Positions 54,713 through 64,000 of a stretch of DNA of 64,000 nt are shown here, piece by piece; within the stretch, counting starts at the first letter, position 1, and every line of letters starts with the position of its first letter. The stretch is from assembly GCA_963744145.1 (NCBI GenBank), contig CAVUSO010000001.1, positions 6,240,001-6,304,000 of the forward strand, given 5' to 3'. A program made the position numbers and the translations under genes. The notes below the pieces were generated by a model. The model worked only from the letters and a program-made list of their open reading frames with translations, made no database searches and had not been told where the DNA came from. Origin of the DNA: an uncultured cyanobacterium (GTDB lineage Bacteria > Cyanobacteriota > Cyanobacteriia > Cyanobacteriales > CAWUOF01).

Positions 54713-55288
54713 TTAATCAATATTACCCACAGCCAAAACTTGCTCAACGGTAATAGATAATTCTGGAAATGTTTGAGAAACAATTGGTAGACTTTCTGTA
54801 AAAACAGTTTCTTCATACAATCCCTCTACTAAAAGTAGCACAGTAATCTGATTTTTCAGCGGATCTACAATCCAATATTCAGGAATTTCTAGTGCCCCAT
54901 ATTCAGAACGTTTATAACGATAGTCTCGATTTATTGATTCAGGACTAACGACCTCAACAGCTAATAAAGGGGGAATTTCAGCAATAGCAGAGCGATCGAG
55001 AAATTCCCGCACCTGTTCAACAGTTATTATATAAAGATCAGCTAATCTTGATTTCCGCCATCCAGTTCTAATTCCTGCTTCTCGAAAACAGAGCCAAGGT
55101 AACCCTAAACGTTTGATTTCCGCCTTAAAATTGTCGTGAAGAAAATCAGTAATTAGCAAATGTCTAAATGTGGGTGGGTTCGCCAATTCTAATCTCCCAT
55201 CAACCAATTCATAACGGCGATCTGTACCATCATTATAGGTGAGATATTCCTCAAAACTATATTGCTGTTCAGCAGTTGTTACAGTCAT
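54713..55288 (-). CDS. Uma2 family protein
   Basis: SFEEYLTYNDGTDRRYELVDG, LAVEVVSP, IPEYWIVDP. Confidence 0.9.
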   Translation of the reverse strand: MTVTTAEQQYSFEEYLTYNDGTDRRYELVDGRLELANPPTFRHLLITDFLHDNFKAEIKRLGLPWLCFREAGIRTGWRKSRLADLYIITVEQVREFLDRSAIAEIPPLLAVEVVSPESINRDYRYKRSEYGALEIPEYWIVDPLKNQITVLLLVEGLYEETVFTESLPIVSQTFPELSITVEQVLAVGNID

Positions 55289-55455
55289 GCTTGGTTTTAC
55301 CTAAAATAACTCTTGTCAACAACCCAATTTTATCGGCTATTATACAATTTTGATACATCCAACCCTCTTGAGCAGTAGGTGGTCATAAGGAAATAACATA
55401 ATATGTTAACTTTTGTAAAAAAATCAACCCTCCCCATTCCCCCCATTCCTAACAA

Positions 55456-58400
55456 ATGTCATTAAATTCCTTACGAAAATCAGCAGTAGCTTGGCACAGT
55501 TTAGAAATTGAGACAACCCTGAAGCAACTTCAGAGCGATCGCAATGAGGGATTAACTTCGGCCCAAGTAGGGGAACGTTGGTCAATCTATGGTCCAAATG
55601 AATTAAAAGAAACCGCTGGTCGCACCGCGCTAACCATATTGTGGGATCAGTTCAAAAACATCATGTTATTGATGTTAATTGCTGTAGCCTTAATTTCGGC
55701 CAGTTTGGACTTATTTTCCCTTTATTCAGGTAGTAAGAGTTCGGAAGAAATTCCCTTTAAAGATGCGATCGCCATTTTGATCATTGTGATCCTGAATGGG
55801 ATTTTAGGCTACCTCCAAGAAAGTCGTGCCGAAAAAGCGCTAGCTGCTCTCAAAAGTCTAGCTTCACCCCAAGTGCGAGCAATCCGCAATGGTAGAATTA
55901 TTGAACTTGCAGCTAAAGAATTAGTACCAGGAGATATTATCCTGCTCGAAGCAGGAGTACAAGTTCCAGCAGATGGTCGATTGATTGAAACAGTGAATCT
56001 GCAAATTCGGGAAGCAACTTTAACTGGTGAAGCACAAGCAGTCAATAAAGATGCAAGAAAATCACTTACAGTAGATACTTCTTTAGCCGATCGCATTAAT
56101 TTAGTCTTTCAGGGTACAGAAGTAGTCCAAGGACGCGGAAAAGTCCTAGTCACGAATACGGGAATGCAAACCGAAATTGGACGGATTGCAGCAATGTTGC
56201 AATCGGTGGAAAACGAACCCACACCTTTGCAAAACCGGATGACTCAGCTAGGTAATTTTTTAGTGACAGGCTCCTTAGTTCTGGTAACTTTGGTTGTGGT
56301 CGGTGGCATAATCAAGCTAGGGATCGGAGCATTTATCAATTTATTAGAAGTTTCCCTGAGTATGGCTGTAGCTGTAGTACCCGAAGGATTACCCGCAGTT
56401 ATTACCGTAACTTTGGCTCTGGGTACGCAAAGAATGGTCAAACGTCACGCACTGATTCGCAAATTACCAGCAGTAGAAACTTTAGGATCAGTGACAACGA
56501 TTTGCTCTGATAAAACCGGAACTCTGACTCAAAATAAAATGGTTGTTCAAGGTGTGAACACTCCGAGTCATAGTTTTCATGTTGGTGGTGAAGGTTATGC
56601 TCCGATCGGGGAATTTACCACTCAAGATACAGTAGTCAATCATAAGAAACGCAATCCAGAACTTCAAGCAGTAGCACTTGCTGGTGTAATTTGTAATGAC
56701 GCATTTTTGCAACAGGAACAGGGAGAATGGAAAATTATCGGTGATCCGACGGAAGGAGCATTATTATCCCTAGCTGGTAAAGCTGATATTTATCAGGAAA
56801 CTTGTCAAACAGAATTCCGACGAGTCATGGAATTTCCGTTTTCTTCAGAACGTAAACGGATGAGTGTAATTTGTGAGAAATCGAGAGCGGAATTTGCCCA
56901 ATTAGGTGAGATCCTTAATTCTCGTTTATCTCTACTTAATTCTGCTTATGTCATGTTTACCAAAGGATCTCCGGAACTGATCTTAGAACGCTGTACTCAG
57001 ATTCAGAGAGGAACTGAGATCGAGATGCTCACCGATAGTCAGCGTGATCAGATTTTAAACCAAAATAATTTCATGGCTGGACGGGGCTGGAGAGTGCTAG
57101 GATTTGCCTGTAAACCTAGTGATATTTTACCAGCACCAGGCACAGAAGAAACCGCTGAAAAAGATTTAGTTTGGCTAGGATTAGTGGGAATGTTAGATGC
57201 ACCCCGTCCTGAAGTTCGTGAAGCAGTAGCTAAATGTCAGCAAGCAGGAATTCGTCCAGTGATGATTACCGGAGATCATCAATTAACTGCAATTGCGATC
57301 GCACAGGATTTAGGGATTGCTAAACGAGGTGATCAGGTTCTAGTTGGTCAAGAATTAGAAAAACTGAGTCAAGCGGAACTAGAACAACGAGTTGAACAAG
57401 TTAGTGTTTATGCGCGGGTGTCTCCAGAACATAAACTACGGATTGTGCAAGCATTACAAAGTCTTGGACATATTGTCGCGATGACTGGAGATGGTGTAAA
57501 TGATGCACCAGCACTTAAACAAGCTGACATCGGAATTGCAATGGGAATTACCGGAACTGATGTTAGTAAAGAAGCCAGTGATATGGTGTTATTGGATGAT
57601 AATTTTGCCACGATCGTAGCTGCTGCTGAGGAAGGTCGAGTGGTATATACTAACATTCGGCGTTTTATTAAATATATTCTGGGTAGTAATTTTGGAGAAG
57701 TTTTAACTATTGCTGCTGCACCGATAATTGGTTTGGGTGGTGTACCGATGACTCCTTTACAAATCTTGTGGATGAATTTAGTCACAGATGGTGTTCCAGC
57801 TTTAGCTTTAGCAGTCGAACCTGGAGAACCTAATGTGATGCAAATTCCCCCCCATCATCCCCAGGAAAGTATTTTTGCCCGTGGGTTAGGATCTTATATG
57901 ATCCGCACAGGTATAGTTTTAGCAATTATTACGATTACGTTAATGACTTGGGCTTATAGTCATACCCATGCTCCTGGATATCAGGGTGATCAGGATGCTT
58001 GGAAAACGATGGTGTTTACAGCTTTATGTATTGCCCAAATGGGTCACGCGATCGCGATTCGCTCCTATACTCAATTGACAATTGAATTAAATCCTTTCTC
58101 CAATAAGTATATTTGGGGAGCAGTGATTCTCACTACGATTTTGCAATTGCTGCTGATCTATATTGCCCCATTGCGAAATTTTTTTGGTACGCACTATCTC
58201 AATCCCATCGAATTATCCATCTGTCTTGGGTTTAGTGTATTGATGTTTGTTTGGATTGAGTTAGAAAAATTGTTTGTTCGTTGGTATTTCTCGCTGAAAA
58301 TTGCGAGAGATTTATCCACTAAAAACTTCAACTTGTTAATTGGCTCAGTCGGATCATTTTTATTAGGAATTGTCGCTGCTTATGGGTCAGGACGGATTAT

Positions 58401-58569
58401 TTGTGAACTAAATCGTTGTATGTGGGTAGTCTCAGGAACTGGTAAGAATTCCCTGGGTTTTTTGATTGACTCTGGTCTTGCTAAAGTAGTGGAATCCTTA
58501 CCGATCGCTTTATTTGGAATTGCGGTAGCTTTGTTGGTAGGCTGGATGGTTAAATCTAATCAGAATTAA
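55456..58569 (+). CDS. Cation-transporting P-type ATPase (P2A, PacL-like)
   Basis: [27 protein letters not shown]. Confidence 0.95.
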   Translation: MSLNSLRKSAVAWHSLEIETTLKQLQSDRNEGLTSAQVGERWSIYGPNELKETAGRTALTILWDQFKNIMLLMLIAVALISASLDLFSLYSGSKSSEEIPFKDAIAILIIVILNGILGYLQESRAEKALAALKSLASPQVRAIRNGRIIELAAKELVPGDIILLEAGVQVPADGRLIETVNLQIREATLTGEAQAVNKDARKSLTVDTSLADRINLVFQGTEVVQGRGKVLVTNTGMQTEIGRIAAMLQSVENEPTPLQNRMTQLGNFLVTGSLVLVTLVVVGGIIKLGIGAFINLLEVSLSMAVAVVPEGLPAVITVTLALGTQRMVKRHALIRKLPAVETLGSVTTICSDKTGTLTQNKMVVQGVNTPSHSFHVGGEGYAPIGEFTTQDTVVNHKKRNPELQAVALAGVICNDAFLQQEQGEWKIIGDPTEGALLSLAGKADIYQETCQTEFRRVMEFPFSSERKRMSVICEKSRAEFAQLGEILNSRLSLLNSAYVMFTKGSPELILERCTQIQRGTEIEMLTDSQRDQILNQNNFMAGRGWRVLGFACKPSDILPAPGTEETAEKDLVWLGLVGMLDAPRPEVREAVAKCQQAGIRPVMITGDHQLTAIAIAQDLGIAKRGDQVLVGQELEKLSQAELEQRVEQVSVYARVSPEHKLRIVQALQSLGHIVAMTGDGVNDAPALKQADIGIAMGITGTDVSKEASDMVLLDDNFATIVAAAEEGRVVYTNIRRFIKYILGSNFGEVLTIAAAPIIGLGGVPMTPLQILWMNLVTDGVPALALAVEPGEPNVMQIPPHHPQESIFARGLGSYMIRTGIVLAIITITLMTWAYSHTHAPGYQGDQDAWKTMVFTALCIAQMGHAIAIRSYTQLTIELNPFSNKYIWGAVILTTILQLLLIYIAPLRNFFGTHYLNPIELSICLGFSVLMFVWIELEKLFVRWYFSLKIARDLSTKNFNLLIGSVGSFLLGIVAAYGSGRIICELNRCMWVVSGTGKNSLGFLIDSGLAKVVESLPIALFGIAVALLVGWMVKSNQN

Positions 58570-58611
58570 AATATCTTAGCAGTTCCCCTCTTGCTCCCTA
58601 TCACCTGACCA

Positions 58612-59754
58612 ATGTATCTCCAAACTCTCCATTTGCGACAGTTCCGTAATTATCAAGATTGCGCGATCGACTTTTTGGCTCCGAAAACGATTTTGGTAGG
58701 CAATAATGCTCAAGGAAAATCCAATCTGCTGGAAGCAGTAGAATTGTTGTCCACCCTGAAAAGTCATCGGGTCAGTCGCGATCGCGATTTAATTCGGGAT
58801 ACGGATACGGATAGTGAGATCCGAGCTACTGTAGCTCGACAAAATGGAATAGTTGATTTAGGGATAATTTTACGTGCTAATGGTCGTCGGACGGTGATGT
58901 TTAATCGGGAAAATTGCCGTCGTCATCTGGATTTTTTAGGTATTCTGAAGGCAGTACAATTTTCGAGTTTGGATCTGAATTTAGTTCGAGGTGGTCCAGA
59001 TGAGCGACGACATTGGTTAGATCGACTGTTGATTCAACTTGAACCAATTTATGCTCATATTTTGCATCAGTACAATCAAGTTTTGCGTCAGCGCAATGCT
59101 TTGTTAAAGTTAAGGTTACAACGACAGCATCTGAATCCCGAATTGGTTAATCTTGATGCTGATCCAGAAATGGCAATTTGGGATGCTCAGTTAGCAACCA
59201 GTGGTTCCCGTGTTACTCGTCGTAGAGCGAGAGCTTTAGTCCGGTTAGCTCCCTTAGCTCAAATTTGGCACCAAAATATTAGTGGTAAAACCGAGTTACT
59301 TGAGGTCAGATATGCTCCTAATATACCCAATCAAGGAGAAAGTCCGGAAATTGTCGAACAGGTTTTTTTAGAAAAAATCCAGACCCGAGCGATCGCAGAA
59401 ACCCATCAAGGAATATCTTTGGTCGGTCCCCACCGTGATGAGATTGAGTTGATGATTAATCAGACTCCTGCTAAATCCTATGGTTCTCAGGGTCAACAGC
59501 GTACCTTAGTTTTAGCATTAAAATTGGCAGAACTCCAATTAATCGAAGAGGTGATTGGTGAACCACCTTTACTCTTACTCGATGATGTTCTAGCTGAATT
59601 AGATATTTATCGTCAAAATCAGTTACTAGAAGCAATTCAAAATCGTTTTCAAACTCTAATTACCACAACCCACTTAGGTGCTTTTGATTCCCTATGGCTC
59701 AATTCTTCCCAAATTCTTGCCGTTGATGCTGGTAAAGTAGTTCAATGTGAATAA
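58612..59754 (+). CDS. recF: DNA replication/repair protein RecF
   Basis: FRNY, GNNAQGKSN, GPHRD, SQGQQR, LLLDDVLAELD. Confidence 0.97.
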   Translation: MYLQTLHLRQFRNYQDCAIDFLAPKTILVGNNAQGKSNLLEAVELLSTLKSHRVSRDRDLIRDTDTDSEIRATVARQNGIVDLGIILRANGRRTVMFNRENCRRHLDFLGILKAVQFSSLDLNLVRGGPDERRHWLDRLLIQLEPIYAHILHQYNQVLRQRNALLKLRLQRQHLNPELVNLDADPEMAIWDAQLATSGSRVTRRRARALVRLAPLAQIWHQNISGKTELLEVRYAPNIPNQGESPEIVEQVFLEKIQTRAIAETHQGISLVGPHRDEIELMINQTPAKSYGSQGQQRTLVLALKLAELQLIEEVIGEPPLLLLDDVLAELDIYRQNQLLEAIQNRFQTLITTTHLGAFDSLWLNSSQILAVDAGKVVQCE

Positions 59755-59772
59755 AGCCTAAATATTTAGTGG

Positions 59773-59797
59773 TTTTTTTTAGCGATCGCTAAAAAAA
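59773..59797. terminator. HIP1-centred palindrome downstream of recF
   Basis: T8-AGCGATCGCT-A7. Confidence 0.35.
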
Positions 59798-59990
59798 CTC
59801 TCCATCCTAATTACCCGTATAATTTAGCGGTAGTTGATTGGGACTAATGTATGGGCTATTTTTTTGATTTATGGGATTTTTGTCCTGCTCTTTCCGCCAA
59901 ACTGTAGAATTATCTTATGATCTAGGTTTTGATGGGTGAGGATCTATATCAATGAAGGATATTTGATTTTGGGTAATGATTTTTTAAAAT

Positions 59991-60410
59991 GTGGATATTT
60001 ATATGAATTGTCAGGAAATTGCTGCGTTGGGAGCTTCGTTACGACGAATCGATCAAAAGCTCTTAAAGAAAGTTGATTATCATAATAATACTACTACCAG
60101 AATCTGGTATCAGGGAGGAGAACCTTATTTTGATATTTTCTTTGATTTAAAAGATCATAAAATTATCTGGTTTCAATTTACTTTTCGCGGTCAATTTCTC
60201 TGTTGGGATCAAAAACAAGCTGAAATTAAAACTGGCAAAACTAATGAATTAGTGTTCGATGATATTGGCTATTATCCTGCTAGTAAAATTATTGAAGCCG
60301 ATCAGAATTCTGATGCAGATTTTCAATTTTTCGTAAAAAAAATTCTTACCACTCGAGCTGAAGAAGAAATTTTTGCTCAAGCGATCGCTTTATTAGATCA
60401 TAATGGATAA
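59991..60410 (+). CDS. Conserved cyanobacterial hypothetical protein
   Basis: RIWYQGGEPYFDIFF, WFQFTFRG. Confidence 0.7.
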   Translation: MDIYMNCQEIAALGASLRRIDQKLLKKVDYHNNTTTRIWYQGGEPYFDIFFDLKDHKIIWFQFTFRGQFLCWDQKQAEIKTGKTNELVFDDIGYYPASKIIEADQNSDADFQFFVKKILTTRAEEEIFAQAIALLDHNG

Positions 60411-60472
60411 TATGTAGGGGCTTACTTCTTGTCTGTTTCAGAAGCAGGCGATCGGACTACCGAAATTATCGG

Positions 60473-61261
60473 TCAAATAATCTCATCAGGATTTACTCCC
60501 ATTGCTCGTAAGTGAGCAGCTAGTTTTTCAGCTCTCTGTTGAGCTTGTTGAGCTTGGAGTTGAGCTTGTTGAGCTTGTTGTTGAGCTTGTTGAACTTGTT
60601 GTTGAGCTTGTTGAACTTGTTGTTGAGCTTGCTGGGTATCTTCTTGTGGAGTCGGGAGCAAACCTCCTGGTAACGTAGCCCAACGTAGCCAAGTAGCCTC
60701 AACACCTTTATAATTACCTTGCCAACGTACCAATGCTAAACCTAAATGTCCACTGATTAATCGTCCTTTTTCATCCCTATTTAGAGGTTGATATACTCCT
60801 TTTTCTAAGCTAAATCCAGCCCAATCTTCAGGATTAAATGGATCATACCAAAAATATTCGGGAACTCTGACCTGATCTTGATACACTTGCTTTTTTTCAG
60901 TTTTGTCTTTGCTAGCTGTACTCTCAGAAATCAGTTCAATGATTACATCTGGTGCTTTCCCTTCATCCCAAACCACCCAACTGAGTCTTTCACCTTTAGG
61001 TACTCCTAGCACTACAAAGACATCCGGTCCTCGAAAATCTTGATTTTTAACTTGATCTATACTAAAATAGAGGTACATATTGCCGCCCACATAGCCATCC
61101 TCTCGCTTATGCAACCACGGGATTAAGGGATCGATCAACATTTCCATCTGAAGTTTATGTCGCTGGGTTTCCATAGGAATACCATCATCACAGGGAAGAT
61201 CGTACTGGGTTGGTGGTAGAGTTAAAGCAATGGAGGTTGATGCCGGAATCGGTTTAGACAT
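60473..61261 (-). CDS. Uma2 family protein with Gln-rich repeat tail
   Basis: DFRGPDVFVV, PDVIIELISES, PEYFWYDP; QQAQQQV repeats. Confidence 0.9.
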   Translation of the reverse strand: MSKPIPASTSIALTLPPTQYDLPCDDGIPMETQRHKLQMEMLIDPLIPWLHKREDGYVGGNMYLYFSIDQVKNQDFRGPDVFVVLGVPKGERLSWVVWDEGKAPDVIIELISESTASKDKTEKKQVYQDQVRVPEYFWYDPFNPEDWAGFSLEKGVYQPLNRDEKGRLISGHLGLALVRWQGNYKGVEATWLRWATLPGGLLPTPQEDTQQAQQQVQQAQQQVQQAQQQAQQAQLQAQQAQQRAEKLAAHLRAMGVNPDEII

Positions 61262-61321
61262 ATTTTTTTCTCTGGTTGTACCTACCTACTTAACTTTAAC
61301 ACCAAAATTAAATCAGTAACT

Positions 61322-62716
61322 ATGAGTAATAAAATAGCAGTTTCAAATCATTTGAAAACCCCCCCATCAGCGATCGCTAAATTAAATACTCCACAATTAA
61401 TTAAAGCTGGATTATCTCTAACTTGGGGAGCTAGTTTTTTGCTGCTGATTACTACCTTATCAGGAATACAATCCGCGAAATTAGCGATAAAAACTGTCGG
61501 GAAAGATGCAGCACCCAGTATTGAAGCAGCCCAGTATATTAAAGCTGGATTAGCTGATATGGATGCCAATATAGCTAATGAATTAATTGAGCAACCTGGA
61601 CAAAATCAGAGTGCAGTTAAAGCTTATGGAGAGAGACTTGAGAAAGTTACTACAAAATTGATTACTGCTGCGGAAAATATTACATACGGAGATGCTGAAC
61701 GGATACCGATTCAAACCTTACAAATACGATTAAGTGATTATATTGCCAAAGTTCAACAAGCACGAGACTTTCATCAGCGTCGCGATTTAGCTGGGGTTTT
61801 GAATGCTTATCGAGCATCAGCTGAATTGATTGATCAGAAACTTTCTCCTGCGGCTGATCAACTATTAGCGGCTAACCAAGAAGCACTTAATCGTACCTAT
61901 GAACAGCAGTGGGGCACTTCAGTTCGATCGCTTTTTTTTATTATTATCTCTACCCTGATCTTGTTAGGCACATTGATAATATTGCAATTATTTCTTTATC
62001 GTCGGATGCGCCGGATTATTAACCCCATGTTGTTAACAGCTACAGCGATCACTTTACTCTTTTTCAGTTATATCACATCTGCCCTATTGTCAGCATCTAA
62101 TCACCTCAAAATTGCTAAACAAGACGCATTTAATTCGATCGATGCTCTGTGGAAAACTCGCGCTCTAGCTTATAGTGCTAATGCTGATGAAAGTCGATAT
62201 TTACTTGATCAAGCTCGTGCTAATAATCACCAACAGGCTTTTTTAGCCAAAATTACTAAACTCGCTAATATACCAACTGGTCAAACTTTTGCTACTGTAG
62301 CATCAGCTTTTGCCAATAATCAAAAAGTAGATAACTTTACCGGATTCTTAGCTGATGAGTTAAACAATATTACTTTTGCTGGTGAAAAAAAATCTGCCCT
62401 GAATGCGCTAGAGGAATTGGGTCTATATGTAACCATAGATCAAAAAATCCGTCAACTTCAACAAACCGGTAAATCTAATGAAGCGATCGCTCTTTGTACT
62501 GGTAATAAACCAGGGGAATCTAATTGGGCATTTAACCAGTTCGATCTTGCTCTGCAAAAAACCTTAGATATTAACCAACAAGCTTTTGACCAAGCAGTTG
62601 ACCAAGGATTCAAGGATGTAGAAGGTTTTGAAATTATCATCCCGATTGTGACTATTGCGATCGGACTCCTTACTCTCTTGGGACTGCTACCACGTTGGCA
62701 AGAATATTCTCGCTAA
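61322..62716 (+). CDS. Four-TM membrane protein with two extracytoplasmic helical domains (GlnX-like)
   Basis: TM-helical domain-TM-TM-helical domain-TM topology; RRMRRIINPMLL, ANADESRYLL, terminal GLLPRWQEY. Confidence 0.6.
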   Translation: MSNKIAVSNHLKTPPSAIAKLNTPQLIKAGLSLTWGASFLLLITTLSGIQSAKLAIKTVGKDAAPSIEAAQYIKAGLADMDANIANELIEQPGQNQSAVKAYGERLEKVTTKLITAAENITYGDAERIPIQTLQIRLSDYIAKVQQARDFHQRRDLAGVLNAYRASAELIDQKLSPAADQLLAANQEALNRTYEQQWGTSVRSLFFIIISTLILLGTLIILQLFLYRRMRRIINPMLLTATAITLLFFSYITSALLSASNHLKIAKQDAFNSIDALWKTRALAYSANADESRYLLDQARANNHQQAFLAKITKLANIPTGQTFATVASAFANNQKVDNFTGFLADELNNITFAGEKKSALNALEELGLYVTIDQKIRQLQQTGKSNEAIALCTGNKPGESNWAFNQFDLALQKTLDINQQAFDQAVDQGFKDVEGFEIIIPIVTIAIGLLTLLGLLPRWQEYSR

Positions 62717-63286
62717 TCATCACAACTTTTGTCAGAATCACCCAATTGGGTTACTCATTAGCATGAAGTAGAAACAATATTTCTCACATTATTCTAAGAA
62801 AAAAAACCTGAATCATCTACTTTACATCCGTAAAGTATTTGGGTTAACCACTATCCATGAGGAATGGTGACAATTATACCATGGGGGCTTATTGCCATAA
62901 GCCCCTACCACTAATAAGCCCCTACCACATTTATCCACATGATCAGCAATTAGAGGGGATCAGATTGAACAAAAACTCAAGATTTTGTTTTCTAAGATGC
63001 AGTTATCCCCAAGATTCCTGGGTAACCTCAACTATACAACCTCTCTTCCTTGCTTGTTGAGTGGACAATGACTCGTAATTCTTCTACCAGGGAAAATCAA
63101 CTTTGTCTAGTGTATTTTAAGCTGATAATGTTACAATTTTTAACAAATAAATTTTCATTGGCAACGTAATGACCAAGTCATCCGGTTTAGTTAGTAGAGC
63201 CAATTTATCCATAACTAGCTAAAAGATTAGGTTCTAGCCAACTACATAACTCCCAAAAAATCTTCATTAAACGGAAATTTAGCGCC

Positions 63287-64000
63287 ATGAAGACCGCTCA
63301 AGCTTCCACCGACCTAGTCCGCACTTATCTCCGAGAAATTGGTCGTGTACCCCTACTAACCCACGAACAAGAAATACGCTATGGAAAACAAGTCCAGCGT
63401 TCAGTAGCTTTGCATACGTTACAAAGTAATTTAACCAATCATTTAGGTTATCAACCAACGATCGCTGAGTGGGCTGAAAATGCCGAGCTGAGTGTCCCTC
63501 AGCTAGAACAAGCGATCGCAGAAGGAGAAATGGCTAAACGGAGAATGGTTGAAGCCAATTTGCGATTAGTGGTATCTGTAGCCAAAAAATACATTAAACG
63601 GAATGTAGACTTGTTGGATCTGATCCAAGAAGGGACAATTGGAATGCAGCGTGGTGTGGAAAAATTTGATCCGACCAAAGGATATCGATTCTCCACCTAC
63701 GCTTATTGGTGGATTCGTCAAGCCATCACCCGGGCGATCGCGGAAAAAGGTCGGACGATCCGTCTACCGATCCATATTACGGAAAAACTCAATAAAATTA
63801 AAAAAGCACAACGCTATTTAGCCCAACAACTCGGAAGAGCTGCGACCATCGGTGAATTAGCCCAAGAACTAGAATTGACCCCTAAACAAGTCCGGGAGTA
63901 TTTGGAGCGATCGCGCCAACCCTTGTCTTTAGATTTACGAGTAGGTGATAATCAAGATACAGAATTAGTGGAACTATTAGAAGATCCTGGTCTATCGCCA
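63287..64000 (+). CDS. Group 2 RNA polymerase sigma factor (SigD-like), partial, runs off the window
   Basis: [29 protein letters not shown]...[16 protein letters not shown]...DLIQEG...[19 protein letters not shown]. Confidence 0.92.
   Translation, partial: MKTAQASTDLVRTYLREIGRVPLLTHEQEIRYGKQVQRSVALHTLQSNLTNHLGYQPTIAEWAENAELSVPQLEQAIAEGEMAKRRMVEANLRLVVSVAKKYIKRNVDLLDLIQEGTIGMQRGVEKFDPTKGYRFSTYAYWWIRQAITRAIAEKGRTIRLPIHITEKLNKIKKAQRYLAQQLGRAATIGELAQELELTPKQVREYLERSRQPLSLDLRVGDNQDTELVELLEDPGLSP

Noticed and set aside
58381..58395. YGSGR in the ATPase extension as a PatS-like motif
   Set aside because: Lacks the first Arg and sits at a membrane boundary; likely chance
60540..60632. Tandem repeats and ORF 60520..60705
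   Set aside because: These encode the Gln-rich coiled-coil tail common in Uma2 proteins; the opposite-strand ORF is a shadow
15733..61261. Six Uma2 genes as a novel system
   Set aside because: Large dispersed Uma2/DUF820 expansions are ordinary in cyanobacteria, and these belong to different subtypes

Overview
Chromosomal window from a filamentous beta-cyanobacterium, judged from the very frequent HIP1 octamer GCGATCGC, hetR with an adjacent patX, and ccm carboxysome genes. Core content: tRNA-Asp-gltX, hetR/patX, tRNA-Ala, folK, grpE-dnaK-dnaJ-tusA-like-rsgA, a CmpR/NdhR-type LysR regulator, ccmK2-K1-L-M-N-O divergent from ndhF4-ndhD4-cupB, a P-type ATPase, recF and a partial group-2 sigma factor. 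Accessory content: a TnpB-only IS200/IS605 element with both end hairpins, IS630 and ISL3 elements or fragments, toxin-antitoxin genes, six Uma2 genes, many GTAG-type REP palindromes and a collapsed type-1 BREX relic (about 16.6-21.9 kb). Four observations stand out. (1) brxB is split by a ~0.44 kb non-coding insert carrying a well-preserved IscB-type omega/HEARO RNA scaffold with no iscB gene, and an IS630 and a REP are nested inside it. (2) A perfect sigma70 consensus promoter points antisense into patX. (3) PatX has a cysteine-bracketed RGSGR motif and a DIF1-like promoter. (4) A GlnX-like four-TM protein and a VWA/Zn-ribbon-FHA pair resemble parts of the actinobacterial PknG signalling cassette. 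All family assignments come from motif recognition by eye; no database searches were run.
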